Counted from the first letter of the stretch, positions 8,841 through 17,189 are shown. The stretch: DNA of 64,000 bases from an uncultured Candidatus Saccharibacteria bacterium (GCA_947085855.1 CAMTYB010000001.1:469788-533787), one strand, 5' to 3'. Notes: generated by a model not told the origin, from the sequence alone. Numbers and translations are program-made.

Positions 8841-8917
8841 GTACCCGTAGCTCAGCTGGATAGAGCGTTGGCTTGCGGAGCCAAAGGTCGTAGGTTCAAA
8901 TCCTGCCGGGTATACCA
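8841..8917 (+). tRNA. tRNA-Arg (anticodon GCG)
   Basis: 77-nt cloverleaf. D-arm GCTC-AGCTGGATA-GAGC, anticodon stem TTGGC/GCCAA with loop TTGCGGA, T-arm GTAGG-TTCAAAT-CCTGC, encoded CCA. Confidence 0.8.
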
Positions 8918-8926
8918 AATTAAGGA

Positions 8927-8947
8927 CCTCACGAAAGTGGGGTTTTT
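8927..8947 (+). terminator. rho-independent terminator after tRNA-Arg
   Basis: cctcac-gaaa-gtgggg stem-loop (one G:U pair) followed by TTTTT. Confidence 0.6.
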
Positions 8948-8967
8948 AATTTGGTTAATCATCACGC

Positions 8968-9070
8968 ATGAGAACCGTCCTGCGCAGCAGTAGGTTCAGC
9001 GGAGCGAAGGCACGCGCAGAAACTTGTTTCGAGCATGACTGAGCGGAGGAGCCGCGGAGGCGGCGATATC
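8968..9070 (-). repeat. inverted-repeat element, copy B (core 8994-9070)
   Basis: Reverse complement of copy A. The internal hairpin differs in sequence (GAACC-tactgctgcgcaggac-GGTTC) but keeps the outer stem. Confidence 0.85.
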
Positions 9071-9107
9071 CTGTTGGTTCTATGTTTTTAGATGCTACTA
9101 TTAAATT

Positions 9108-9596
9108 GTGCGAAAGAAATACCTTGCTTTTGTTGCCGTAGCGCTCACTATTTTGGTAGGTGGAATTTTGCTACTTGTCGGCAAAACTAACAATCCCATT
9201 ACTTCCAATACGGGAACCTTGGGAAGATCTGGCGCCGATATCGAGATTATTACTGGCGCCGGCGGTATGCCGCCAACTACGAGCCAAGGAGAATTACTGA
9301 CAGGCGAACAATTTACCGTAGTATTCACAGAACCATTTTCAAGCCTAGATAATTGGCAAGCTTCGAAGGAGATAGCGTCAGTAAGCACTACTTCCGGCAA
9401 AGCAAGTATTGATCTTTCACCCGGAAAATACGGTGTTTATTACATATACCAAGGAGAAAAAATACTCTACGGAGGTTTAACACTAGAAAATCCTCGCAAT
9501 GATATTCAGCGGAATAAACAAGGCCCCTGGTACATCCAGGTACATAATCTCCTCCGAACTAAACTAAACTTTTCAATAAATTCTCAACCAAGCTAG
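9108..9596 (+). CDS. membrane-anchored or secreted hypothetical protein
   Basis: GTG start. N-terminal signal/anchor 'YLAFVAVALTILVGGILLLVG' followed by a beta-rich-looking soluble domain. Confidence 0.5.
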   Translation: MRKKYLAFVAVALTILVGGILLLVGKTNNPITSNTGTLGRSGADIEIITGAGGMPPTTSQGELLTGEQFTVVFTEPFSSLDNWQASKEIASVSTTSGKASIDLSPGKYGVYYIYQGEKILYGGLTLENPRNDIQRNKQGPWYIQVHNLLRTKLNFSINSQPS

Positions 9597-9603
9597 GACC
9601 TAG

Positions 9604-10203
9604 ATGACTGAGCGAGCCGGATTCAATCCTGAAATAGCTGCCGAAGAAACCTGGGAAGCACTACTGAGCGCTGGAGTGTTCATTGAGGGTGATTTTACGT
9701 TTGCTTCAGGCGTACATGCCACCCTCAAAGCCGACGCAGAACGTTTGTATTCACGACCCAAAGAATTAGCTACCGTAATGGGTCATTTTGCTAACCATCC
9801 AAGTGTTCAAGATGCAGACGTCTTACTGTATGTACCCGATGGCATGAGGCAATTTATGACAATGCTCGGCAATGAACTCGGCAAGCCGGTTGCGGAAACG
9901 ATTCGCAAACCAGGAGCAACTTCCAAATACGACTTCACCTTCGCATCTCCCGAAGATGAGGAACTGGCACATGCCGCTCAAGAAGCAGTTATTGGAGAAG
10001 ACATTGTGAGCACCCTCGGCTCAGTGGCCGGCGTGCGAAAATTATTAAAACCCGAGCAATCAGTTCACTCACTAAGCATATTACTCAGAGGCACCGTCAA
10101 TCCTGAATTTCAAGAAGGCCTGACTGATCACTATCTTTTGGTTCGTGAAATACCGACCGATAAAGAGGTCTTTAGGCGCAGCCTAGAAGAAAATTTGCTA
10201 TAG
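9604..10203 (+). CDS. type I phosphoribosyltransferase family protein (PyrE-like)
   Basis: 'GDFTFASGVHATLKAD' resembles the orotate-PRT N-terminal motif. 'VIGEDIVSTLGS' is a PRPP-binding-loop-like motif. Confidence 0.5.
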   Translation: MTERAGFNPEIAAEETWEALLSAGVFIEGDFTFASGVHATLKADAERLYSRPKELATVMGHFANHPSVQDADVLLYVPDGMRQFMTMLGNELGKPVAETIRKPGATSKYDFTFASPEDEELAHAAQEAVIGEDIVSTLGSVAGVRKLLKPEQSVHSLSILLRGTVNPEFQEGLTDHYLLVREIPTDKEVFRRSLEENLL

Positions 10204-10211
10204 TCTATAGG

Positions 10212-11126
10212 ATGATTAAAGCCTCAAGTCTTTCCAAGCGCTACAAGAAAAAACTGGCCGTTGATAATATTTCCTTCAAAGTCGAGACCGGAAAAGTCAC
10301 CGGATTTCTTGGCCCAAACGGAGCAGGGAAGTCAACCACCATGCGCCTCATGCTCGGGCTCGATAACGGCAGTGGCAACACACTCTATGGCGGCAAACGC
10401 CTAGCTGATTACCCTCAGCCCTCAAAAGTCGTTGGCATCATGCTCGAAGCCAAAGCCTTTCACCCAACCCGCAGCGCCCGCAATCATTTACGTATCTTGG
10501 CTGCGGCTGGTAACGTACCGGATGCACGCGTCGATGAAGTCCTCGATATCGTCGGCTTAACAGAGGTAGCTCGCAAAAAACCAGGTAAATTCTCACTCGG
10601 TATGAGCCAGCGCCTCGGGATTGCAGCTGCAATTCTTGGTCAGCCAAAGTATCTCATCCTTGATGAACCAGCTAACGGTCTCGACCCCGAAGGCATCGCG
10701 TGGTTGCGACAGTTTTTGAAAGATTACGCCGACCAAGGTAACGCAGTATTTGTTTCTAGTCACTTGCTGAGCGAAATGGCCCAAATGGCTGACAACATAG
10801 TTGTGATTGGTAAAGGAAGGTTAATCGCCGATACTTCAATCAGTGAACTAGTTGGCGGCAGCAAACAATCCTGTGTGTTTGTCAGAACTTCCAAAAAAGC
10901 CGACCTTGAAAAACTTATCAAAGCCAACAAGTTATCCTACAGCAAAGCCAACGATGGACTAAAGATTAACGGCACCACCACAGATAGTATTGGTAAATTA
11001 GCCTTCAAAAACAATATACCTTTGCTTGAACTTGCCAATCTCAGCGCCTCACTCGAAGATGTCTTCCTAGAATTAACTGAGGGCGAAGAAGAATACCGTT
11101 CTCGACGTCAGAAAGGAGCCAAGTAA
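10212..11126 (+). CDS. ABC transporter ATP-binding protein (ABC-2 type exporter)
   Basis: Walker A 'GPNGAGKST', signature 'LSLGMSQRL', Walker B 'LILDEPANGLD', H-loop 'VSSH'. Confidence 0.9.
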   Translation: MIKASSLSKRYKKKLAVDNISFKVETGKVTGFLGPNGAGKSTTMRLMLGLDNGSGNTLYGGKRLADYPQPSKVVGIMLEAKAFHPTRSARNHLRILAAAGNVPDARVDEVLDIVGLTEVARKKPGKFSLGMSQRLGIAAAILGQPKYLILDEPANGLDPEGIAWLRQFLKDYADQGNAVFVSSHLLSEMAQMADNIVVIGKGRLIADTSISELVGGSKQSCVFVRTSKKADLEKLIKANKLSYSKANDGLKINGTTTDSIGKLAFKNNIPLLELANLSASLEDVFLELTEGEEEYRSRRQKGAK

Positions 11127-11127
11127 T

Positions 11128-11880
11128 ATGCTAGCTCTCTTTAAAGCCGAGTTTCGTAAGCTCTTTACCGTACGCTCGACGTACATCATGACCATTTTTG
11201 CCCTGATATTTATGGGGCTCTACAGTTTTTACTTCGAAGGTTACAAAGGTAACACTGGCTCAGCCGCCTCGCAGCTATCGCCGACTGCACTGCAAGAAAT
11301 TGTTACCAACGGTGCTGGCATGGGCGTGCTGTTTGCAAGCATCATTGCTATTTTATTCATGGCCCACGAGTATCGCTACAACACCATCATGTATACATTG
11401 ACTATTAATGTCCGACGAACCAAGGTCTTGCTAGCAAAAATGTTCACTATCTCAATTTTTGGTGCGATTTACGGCCTGCTATTTATCTTACTCGCGATCG
11501 GTAGCTATCTACTGGGCATTTCGCTACGTGATGCTTCGCTGCCACCGCAACAATTTGAAGTCTGGGCAGAGCTCGGTAAAGTAGCCTTCTACTATGCCGG
11601 CTATTCGATACTTGGCATCATCTTAGCCATCGTAACCCGGAATGTTGTTGGAGCTATTGCTACGCTACTTATTGTCTCTACTACGCTGGAACCACTGCTT
11701 GGTGTTCTTTTAAAAGACAACGCTAAGTACCTGCCGATTACCGTGCTAGACAGTACCGTTGGTGCGGCTATATCGCAGAACGTACTTTCACCAGGTAAGG
11801 CCATCTTATTCAGTACGCTTTATCTGTCAATCGGGGCTTTTGTAGCTTGGCTACTGTTCATGCGCCGTGATGCTAGCTAG
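11128..11880 (+). CDS. ABC-2 family permease
   Basis: 250 aa with about 6 hydrophobic helices. It starts 1 nt after the ATPase stop. Confidence 0.7.
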   Translation: MLALFKAEFRKLFTVRSTYIMTIFALIFMGLYSFYFEGYKGNTGSAASQLSPTALQEIVTNGAGMGVLFASIIAILFMAHEYRYNTIMYTLTINVRRTKVLLAKMFTISIFGAIYGLLFILLAIGSYLLGISLRDASLPPQQFEVWAELGKVAFYYAGYSILGIILAIVTRNVVGAIATLLIVSTTLEPLLGVLLKDNAKYLPITVLDSTVGAAISQNVLSPGKAILFSTLYLSIGAFVAWLLFMRRDAS

Positions 11881-11931
11881 GTTATTATGCTCATGCTTGT
11901 GGTTTGAGGCTCGGCCCTTTACTATCTGAAT

Positions 11932-13005
11932 ATGATAGATTCTTCGCCTGAAATTGACGCAACACTCGCCCGATCTCCATTTGCTGAAATCGGCGAAAGT
12001 ATTATTGCCAACCATGGCGAGCTTGAAAAATGGGAAACAGAAGCAGAGCGCATACAAAGCGAACGCCAAGCGGCAATTGATGCTGCTACAAAAGCCGCAG
12101 CCGAACCATTCATAGAACCTTTAGAAGAAGCAAACAGCCACCTCTCTAACCTCAAAGGAGAACTTGACCCAGATAAGCTGGGCCAGAAACTGCGAGAAGT
12201 TGAACTTGCACCCATGGCGCTTACCGCCCTTGATATTATTCTGCGATGTGATCAACTTTCAACCGATAAATTTGCAGCTGGGTTAGTCGATAGGACTTTG
12301 TCGAAAGACACACGAAACGCAAACAATGCATACCGCGCACTCGGCTCATTCATGAGTTTTGAGAATTTTCGTAGCACGGTTGAAAATCTTGACGGCAAAA
12401 CGCTACCAGTTGCCGCAATACACCTCGACTGGTTTGAGCAAATAGATATCCAGGCACAACACGAGGGCAGAGACTATCATACGGGGGACTTTGTTAAAGA
12501 GTGCGAGCTATACCTCGGTTCGGTCACGGAGAGTGACCTAGTCACACTAACTCGAGACATTGCTCCAGCCGGCAGTCTTACGCCTATCTATCAACCACAA
12601 GCAGTGGGGCTAAACCTCGCACAAGCGTTGCATATTCAAACCAAGGAAAAGTGGAACCAGCTAGAATCGGAAGCCATACAAAATTTGCCTGAACCAGTTA
12701 TAGTCCCTCTTCTAAAAGACCAGATAGGCAAACCAATTTTAGCAAAACAGAATCGCAGCCTTGGTGGCAGCGTAAATTGGGCTAAAAGCCAAGCTCTTGA
12801 TTTCAGCATGGTGCGCCCAGGCTTACATGGAGTAGGCCACCAAATCCGCGCTGACGCCCGTTTATTCCTTGTGTGGGGAGATGACACAGAAAAAGCGTTG
12901 AACGTACTCAAAGACGATGAAGCAATTCCATTTACTACAGGCCAGGCCATCAAGGTTGCACTCGAAGTGCTTCATGATCGAAAAGGCCAAGAAAGTGTGT
13001 CATAA
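11932..13005 (+). CDS. hypothetical soluble protein
   Basis: 357-aa ORF with no TM segments and an acidic, helical-looking N-terminus. No motif recognised. Confidence 0.5.
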   Translation: MIDSSPEIDATLARSPFAEIGESIIANHGELEKWETEAERIQSERQAAIDAATKAAAEPFIEPLEEANSHLSNLKGELDPDKLGQKLREVELAPMALTALDIILRCDQLSTDKFAAGLVDRTLSKDTRNANNAYRALGSFMSFENFRSTVENLDGKTLPVAAIHLDWFEQIDIQAQHEGRDYHTGDFVKECELYLGSVTESDLVTLTRDIAPAGSLTPIYQPQAVGLNLAQALHIQTKEKWNQLESEAIQNLPEPVIVPLLKDQIGKPILAKQNRSLGGSVNWAKSQALDFSMVRPGLHGVGHQIRADARLFLVWGDDTEKALNVLKDDEAIPFTTGQAIKVALEVLHDRKGQESVS

Positions 13006-13049
13006 TATTATAAAATACTCAGTTCTTGCTACAGTAAAGGGATAAAACT

Positions 13050-13223
13050 ATGGACTTAAATAAAGTAACCGACATTCAACAGCTCAAGGCGTTGGCTTAT
13101 GACGAATTACAGCGTCTCGAGATCGCCAAACAAAACCTCCAGCTTATCAATCAACGCATGGCTGAACTGGAAGAAGCTCAGCAGAAAAAAGCCCCAGCCA
13201 CTTCACCCAAGTCAAAGAAGTAA
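13050..13223 (+). CDS. small coiled-coil protein (57 aa), below the ORF-track cut-off
   Basis: ATG at 13050 is preceded by 'aaaggga'. The product 'MDLNKVTDIQQLKALAYDELQRLEIAKQNLQLINQRMAELEEAQQKKAPATSPKSKK' has heptad-like character. Confidence 0.4.
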   Translation: MDLNKVTDIQQLKALAYDELQRLEIAKQNLQLINQRMAELEEAQQKKAPATSPKSKK

Positions 13224-13265
13224 AGCCCTAGACAAAAAACCTGATTTGTGGTAATATTACTCTTT

Positions 13266-14618
13266 ATGAGTGAGGTTATCGCTGCAAAAGTAGGTGGAAC
13301 TTCTAATGCGGACGCTGATGCAGTGCGCCTATCTATGGAATGGGGTGAAGGATCTGACCTCCTTGCAGTTTCGGCTCCAGGTACATTAGCGGCCGGTGGC
13401 GAAGGGTCAGAAAAAGTAACCAGAATGTCACTGAGCGCCCGCAATGACTACGTGCAAACTGGCGAGATTAATTATGATACTGTCGGTCTTATCACTGAAC
13501 GCTATGAAAATATTGTTAATGATTTAGGTCGTGGCACTTTGTCTGCAGGCTGGATTGACCGAATACCAGGCAGACTTGAGCAAGCCATTATTATGGGCCC
13601 CGATGCTACCTCTATGATTGGTGAGCGGCTCCAAGCAGAAATATATGAAGGTCATGGCTACAGTCTTATTGACCCCGGGCGCGCTCCACACGACCTCGGT
13701 GCCGACCATCATGCCTGGCGCTCTTGGTTCCAGAATGCCGACGTATATACACCAGGCCAAAAACATGTCTTACCCGGCAATACAACTAAAGCGGGTGGCG
13801 ATCTTGTGGTCTTTGGTGAGGGAGGTTCAGATATTAGTGGCGGTCTGGGTGCTTTCGCTATTGAAGCCGACCTTAACCGAAACCTCACCGATGGCTGCGC
13901 GTTATCGGCCGACCCTCGTTTGATTGAATCAAGTGATCGCCTGTTACCAATTGAACACCTAACATATGAAGAGGGCCGCGAGCTCGGACTCAGTGGCACA
14001 GGACTCGTCCACCCAGCAGCCATGGTGCCCCTGATGTACGGTAATATCCCCACCGAAGTACGCAGTACTTTTGATCGCAACGGATTGGTTACCTTGCTCG
14101 ACAATGATCAAGAACGAGCAGCCCAAAGAGCCGGCACGGTCATGGCTTTATCTCTGATGAATAACGTATCGCTCCTATATGTACATGAACCAGGTATGGC
14201 CGAAGCCACTGGTCGATTGGCAATTTTTGAGAATGCCCTGGCAGAAAAAAATATTTCCCTTGTTGACTCACGTGGCCATGGCTTCGATTGGCAGACCTAT
14301 ATCGTCAGTACTAAGGACGTCGAAGCTGCCCGAGATTGCCTGACAAACGTTAATCATGGTTCAACTGTAGAAATGAGCGACGATCTATCACTCATTACCT
14401 TGGTAGGCCACCGCCTGGAAGATCGCTTTGCCGACCTCATGATCGGCATTCTTCTAAACTCCGGAATTAATGGCAAAGAATGGCAGGGTGAAGGTCATGA
14501 CTTCTCACGCGGTCGACACAGCTTGCGTATTAGCGTCAATCCAGATCAAGCTCATCGTGTTCACGACCACATGCATAGCTACTTCATAGAAGACCCTCGG
14601 CGGGATCGCACAGCGTAA
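13266..14618 (+). CDS. aspartokinase-like amino-acid kinase with C-terminal ACT-like region
   Basis: 'IAAKVGGTS' (KFGGTS-like), 'LLAVSAPG' (VVVSA-like), and C-terminal 'LSLITLVGHRLEDRF...' resembling AK ACT repeats. Divergent. The start could be 13248. Confidence 0.55.
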   Translation: MSEVIAAKVGGTSNADADAVRLSMEWGEGSDLLAVSAPGTLAAGGEGSEKVTRMSLSARNDYVQTGEINYDTVGLITERYENIVNDLGRGTLSAGWIDRIPGRLEQAIIMGPDATSMIGERLQAEIYEGHGYSLIDPGRAPHDLGADHHAWRSWFQNADVYTPGQKHVLPGNTTKAGGDLVVFGEGGSDISGGLGAFAIEADLNRNLTDGCALSADPRLIESSDRLLPIEHLTYEEGRELGLSGTGLVHPAAMVPLMYGNIPTEVRSTFDRNGLVTLLDNDQERAAQRAGTVMALSLMNNVSLLYVHEPGMAEATGRLAIFENALAEKNISLVDSRGHGFDWQTYIVSTKDVEAARDCLTNVNHGSTVEMSDDLSLITLVGHRLEDRFADLMIGILLNSGINGKEWQGEGHDFSRGRHSLRISVNPDQAHRVHDHMHSYFIEDPRRDRTA

Positions 14619-14660
14619 GGCTCAAACTCAAAGCCGAAACTTGCTATACTATAAATAGTT

Positions 14661-15287
14661 ATGAAAAAGCCGAAAACTAAAACCGCTGGTGGAATATTCA
14701 GCTCAAAGGATCGATTTTTACCGTTTTTGCTGGCTTATGGTGGCTTAATTGGGCTCCTTGCTTCGTTTACAATTGCCGTTGAGAAAGTTGAGTTGCTCAA
14801 AAATCCAGCCTTTCAACCAAGCTGCAATATTAACCCTGTAATCAGCTGCGGTTCAGTCATGGCTACCCCTCAAGCCGAGGTATTTGGCTTTCCTAATCCT
14901 TTTCTTGGTATTCTTGGGTTTGCTGCCGTTGTTACAGTTGGTTTCGCTTTACTCGCAGGTGCCACTTTTAAACGATGGTTTTGGATTGGTCTGCAAATTG
15001 GCCTGACTTTTGCAGTTATTTTTGTTCACTGGCTCTTTTTCCAAGCTGTTTATCGTATTGAGGCACTTTGCCCCTACTGTATGGTTGTGTGGGCTATGGT
15101 TATCCCAAGTTTCTGGTACGTAACGTTGTACAACTTTAGAAATAGCGTTATTGCTACGCCAACTAGACTTAAAGGTGTAATTAGCTTTGCACAAAAGCAT
15201 CATGGCGATATTTTACTCGTTTGGTTCCTGGCTATTATTTTGGCCATTGTGCATCATTTTTGGTACTACTGGAAAACACTGATTTAA
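14661..15287 (+). CDS. vitamin K epoxide reductase (VKOR) family protein
   Basis: Polytopic 208 aa. It has the loop Cys pair 'CNINPVISCGSV' and the membrane 'CPYC' redox motif. Confidence 0.75.
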   Translation: MKKPKTKTAGGIFSSKDRFLPFLLAYGGLIGLLASFTIAVEKVELLKNPAFQPSCNINPVISCGSVMATPQAEVFGFPNPFLGILGFAAVVTVGFALLAGATFKRWFWIGLQIGLTFAVIFVHWLFFQAVYRIEALCPYCMVVWAMVIPSFWYVTLYNFRNSVIATPTRLKGVISFAQKHHGDILLVWFLAIILAIVHHFWYYWKTLI

Positions 15288-15289
15288 TT

Positions 15290-15916
15290 TTACTGAGCCC
15301 GAGCGAATACTACGCCGATTACCGATAGTGCACCAGCTTTGAGTAGGGTCTCGGCTGCTGCCATGAGCGTTGCACCAGTTGTAAAAACATCATCTACGAG
15401 TACGACTGGCATACCTGTTATGCGCGCAGGATTCCGGACAGTAAATGCTCCTTGCAGCTGATCAAACCTTTGCTGCCGTGCCGAACCAACCTGACGAGTT
15501 TGTTTTTGCCTGAGCAAGACTTCTTGGTAAACCAAGTTGCGTCGTCTGGCAAAGCTCTGAGCCATCAAGACGGCTTGATCATACCCACGCTGCCGAATTC
15601 TTGCGTGAGCCGTAGGGACAGGGCAAATCACTACATGAGGCGGTAGTTTCGGGACAATTCCATGAAGAGCGCTGCCAAGTAGCCGAGCTGTGGCCTTTTG
15701 GCGTTTAAACTTCATGCCGCTAATTACTTCCTTGGCGAGGCCTCCGTAAGCTGTTCCGGCCCAAACCACTATAAAGCTGTGGCCTTGACCAAGCTTTATA
15801 GAGTGCGGCGAGAGAAGCTGCTGTAGACAAGGTTCACACAGTGACTGAGCTTCTGCACCACAGCCAGCACAGAGATGAGGAGCAAGCAGGGAAGTTAACC
15901 ATTCAACTGTGTTCAT
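15290..15916 (-). CDS. comFC: ComF family protein (ComFC-like phosphoribosyltransferase-fold competence protein)
   Basis: N-terminal 4-Cys zinc-finger-like 'CAGCG...CEPC' and C-terminal PRT loop 'VVLVDDVFTTGATL'. Confidence 0.8.
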   Translation of the reverse strand: MNTVEWLTSLLAPHLCAGCGAEAQSLCEPCLQQLLSPHSIKLGQGHSFIVVWAGTAYGGLAKEVISGMKFKRQKATARLLGSALHGIVPKLPPHVVICPVPTAHARIRQRGYDQAVLMAQSFARRRNLVYQEVLLRQKQTRQVGSARQQRFDQLQGAFTVRNPARITGMPVVLVDDVFTTGATLMAAAETLLKAGALSVIGVVFARAQ

Positions 15917-16013
15917 AACGAACAGTATGGAGTCCTTGGGTAAAATTTTGGTTAACGAACAACATTTTGTTATATGTAGTAATTATTGTGTTGTAAATAA
16001 GTAAGCGTATTGC

Positions 16014-16041
16014 TTGCACCACTGTCTTCATGGGGTATACT
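16014..16041 (+). promoter_or_regulatory. candidate sigma-70-type promoter for hsp20 (TTGCAC-16 nt-TATACT)
   Basis: Hexamers read at 16014-16019 and 16036-16041. Three GGGTATA motifs lie downstream, and a GGAGG RBS lies upstream of the ATG at 16121. Confidence 0.3.
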
Positions 16042-16120
16042 GGGTATAAAGATAAAAACACTCGGGTATACCACTCGGAAATTCTAAAACAATCTAACGA
16101 AAAACCTGGAGGATACCAGT

Positions 16121-16612
16121 ATGGCGCGACGAAATCGCGACGAAGACTTACTGATGGAAGACGAACTTACCGCCGCTTTCTTAGGTGACGATGAATTTGC
16201 AGCATCAGACCAACCGCAACAAGCAGACGCTTCTGCAGTTCAAACAGCACAACCAGCTGCTGACGAGTGGGATGAAGAAGACGCTGTACCCGGACAACTG
16301 GCTGTCGATGTTTACGAAACTAAAGAAAAACTAGTCGTCAAAGCCCGTACAGCTGGCGTTAATAAGCACGATCTAGATGTTAGTATTTCTGACAACACAC
16401 TTAGTATCCGTGGCACCTTGAGCGCCGGCAACGAAGATGACGTCGAGAACTACTTTGTACAAGAATGTTACTGGGGTGAATTCAGTCGCAGTATTGCTTT
16501 GCCAGTACCTGTTAAAGAAGATGAGATTGAAGCTCTCCTTAAAGATGGTGTACTTACCATCAGCTTTACAAAAGTAAAACAAGATACTGTTAAGAAAATC
16601 CAGGTTCTATAG
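16121..16612 (+). CDS. Hsp20/alpha-crystallin family small heat-shock protein
   Basis: The alpha-crystallin domain 'LAVDVYETKEKLVVKARTAGVNKHDLDVSISDNTLSIRG...GVLTISFTK' follows an acidic N-terminus. Confidence 0.9.
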   Translation: MARRNRDEDLLMEDELTAAFLGDDEFAASDQPQQADASAVQTAQPAADEWDEEDAVPGQLAVDVYETKEKLVVKARTAGVNKHDLDVSISDNTLSIRGTLSAGNEDDVENYFVQECYWGEFSRSIALPVPVKEDEIEALLKDGVLTISFTKVKQDTVKKIQVL

Positions 16613-16637
16613 CAGCCACAGACAAAGCTATCAAAAT

Positions 16638-16668
16638 AAAAACCTCCTGCCGATGCAGGAGGTTTTTT
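16638..16668. terminator. bidirectional rho-independent terminator (hsp20 / pilin operon)
   Basis: Perfect 10-bp stem aacctcctgc / gcaggaggtt with loop cgat, an A-run on the left and a T-run on the right. It sits between convergent genes ending at 16612 and 16690. Confidence 0.75.
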
Positions 16669-16689
16669 AGTACAAGCTTACTGGTAAAA

Positions 16690-17124
16690 CTAGGAAGCTG
16701 TGCCTGTTGCTTTGCTAAGTACGAAGCGGACAACGAACTGGGCAAGCGCTACGATGATGAGACCAACGATAGCGTACAAGATAGTGTTCTTGGCACCTGT
16801 AACGTTACCTGAGTCGCCACCAGAGGTGATGTACTTGAGGCCGCCCCAGATAATCATGATCACGGCAACGATACCGACGATGACTGAGAAGATGTTGATG
16901 ATCTGAGTGATAAGGGTGTTGACCTTGTCTTCAGTACCGTCTGCAGCAGTCGCACAGTCAGTAGTTGGAGAAGTAGATACCTCCAAATTTGTTGCACCCG
17001 AACAAAGCGAGTCGTTGATATTAGCGCCAGTGTCTTGGGCTACGGCTACACCAGCGAAGCCGAAAGTTGCAAGCAATGTGAGTACAGAGAACTGCAAGAA
17101 ACTTGTTTTGATTTTTTTAAGCAT
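16690..17124 (-). CDS. T4SS pilin-like protein (VirB2/TrbC-like), paralog 1 of 7
   Basis: Signal peptide 'MLKKIKTSF...GVAVAQD' and a Cys pair. C-terminal two-helix module '...VAVIMIIWGGLKYITSGGDSGNVTGAKNTILYAIVGLIIVALAQ'. Confidence 0.7.
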   Translation of the reverse strand: MLKKIKTSFLQFSVLTLLATFGFAGVAVAQDTGANINDSLCSGATNLEVSTSPTTDCATAADGTEDKVNTLITQIINIFSVIVGIVAVIMIIWGGLKYITSGGDSGNVTGAKNTILYAIVGLIIVALAQFVVRFVLSKATGTAS

Positions 17125-17189
17125 CTATTTTAAATACCTTTCATTAATTCCTTAAATTTATACCATACAGAAGGCCATATTAACAACCA

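Noticed and set aside
8968-9042. 24-codon ORF (MRTVLRSSRFSGAKARAETCFEHD) inside inverted-repeat copy B
   Set aside because: The equivalent ATG in copy A is shifted out of frame by the different hairpin length, so the peptide is not conserved between copies. The repeat therefore looks non-coding.
7120-9070. An invertase-driven phase-variation switch
   Set aside because: No recombinase gene lies in or near the segment, and no promoter-like element is obviously reoriented. The idea is kept only as one low-probability alternative within the inverted-repeat finding.
15290-15916. A second amidophosphoribosyltransferase, a common database label for this family
   Set aside because: It lacks the Ntn glutaminase domain. 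It has the N-terminal Cys-rich finger plus a single PRT loop characteristic of ComF/ComFC, and the genuine PurF is at 2774-4285.
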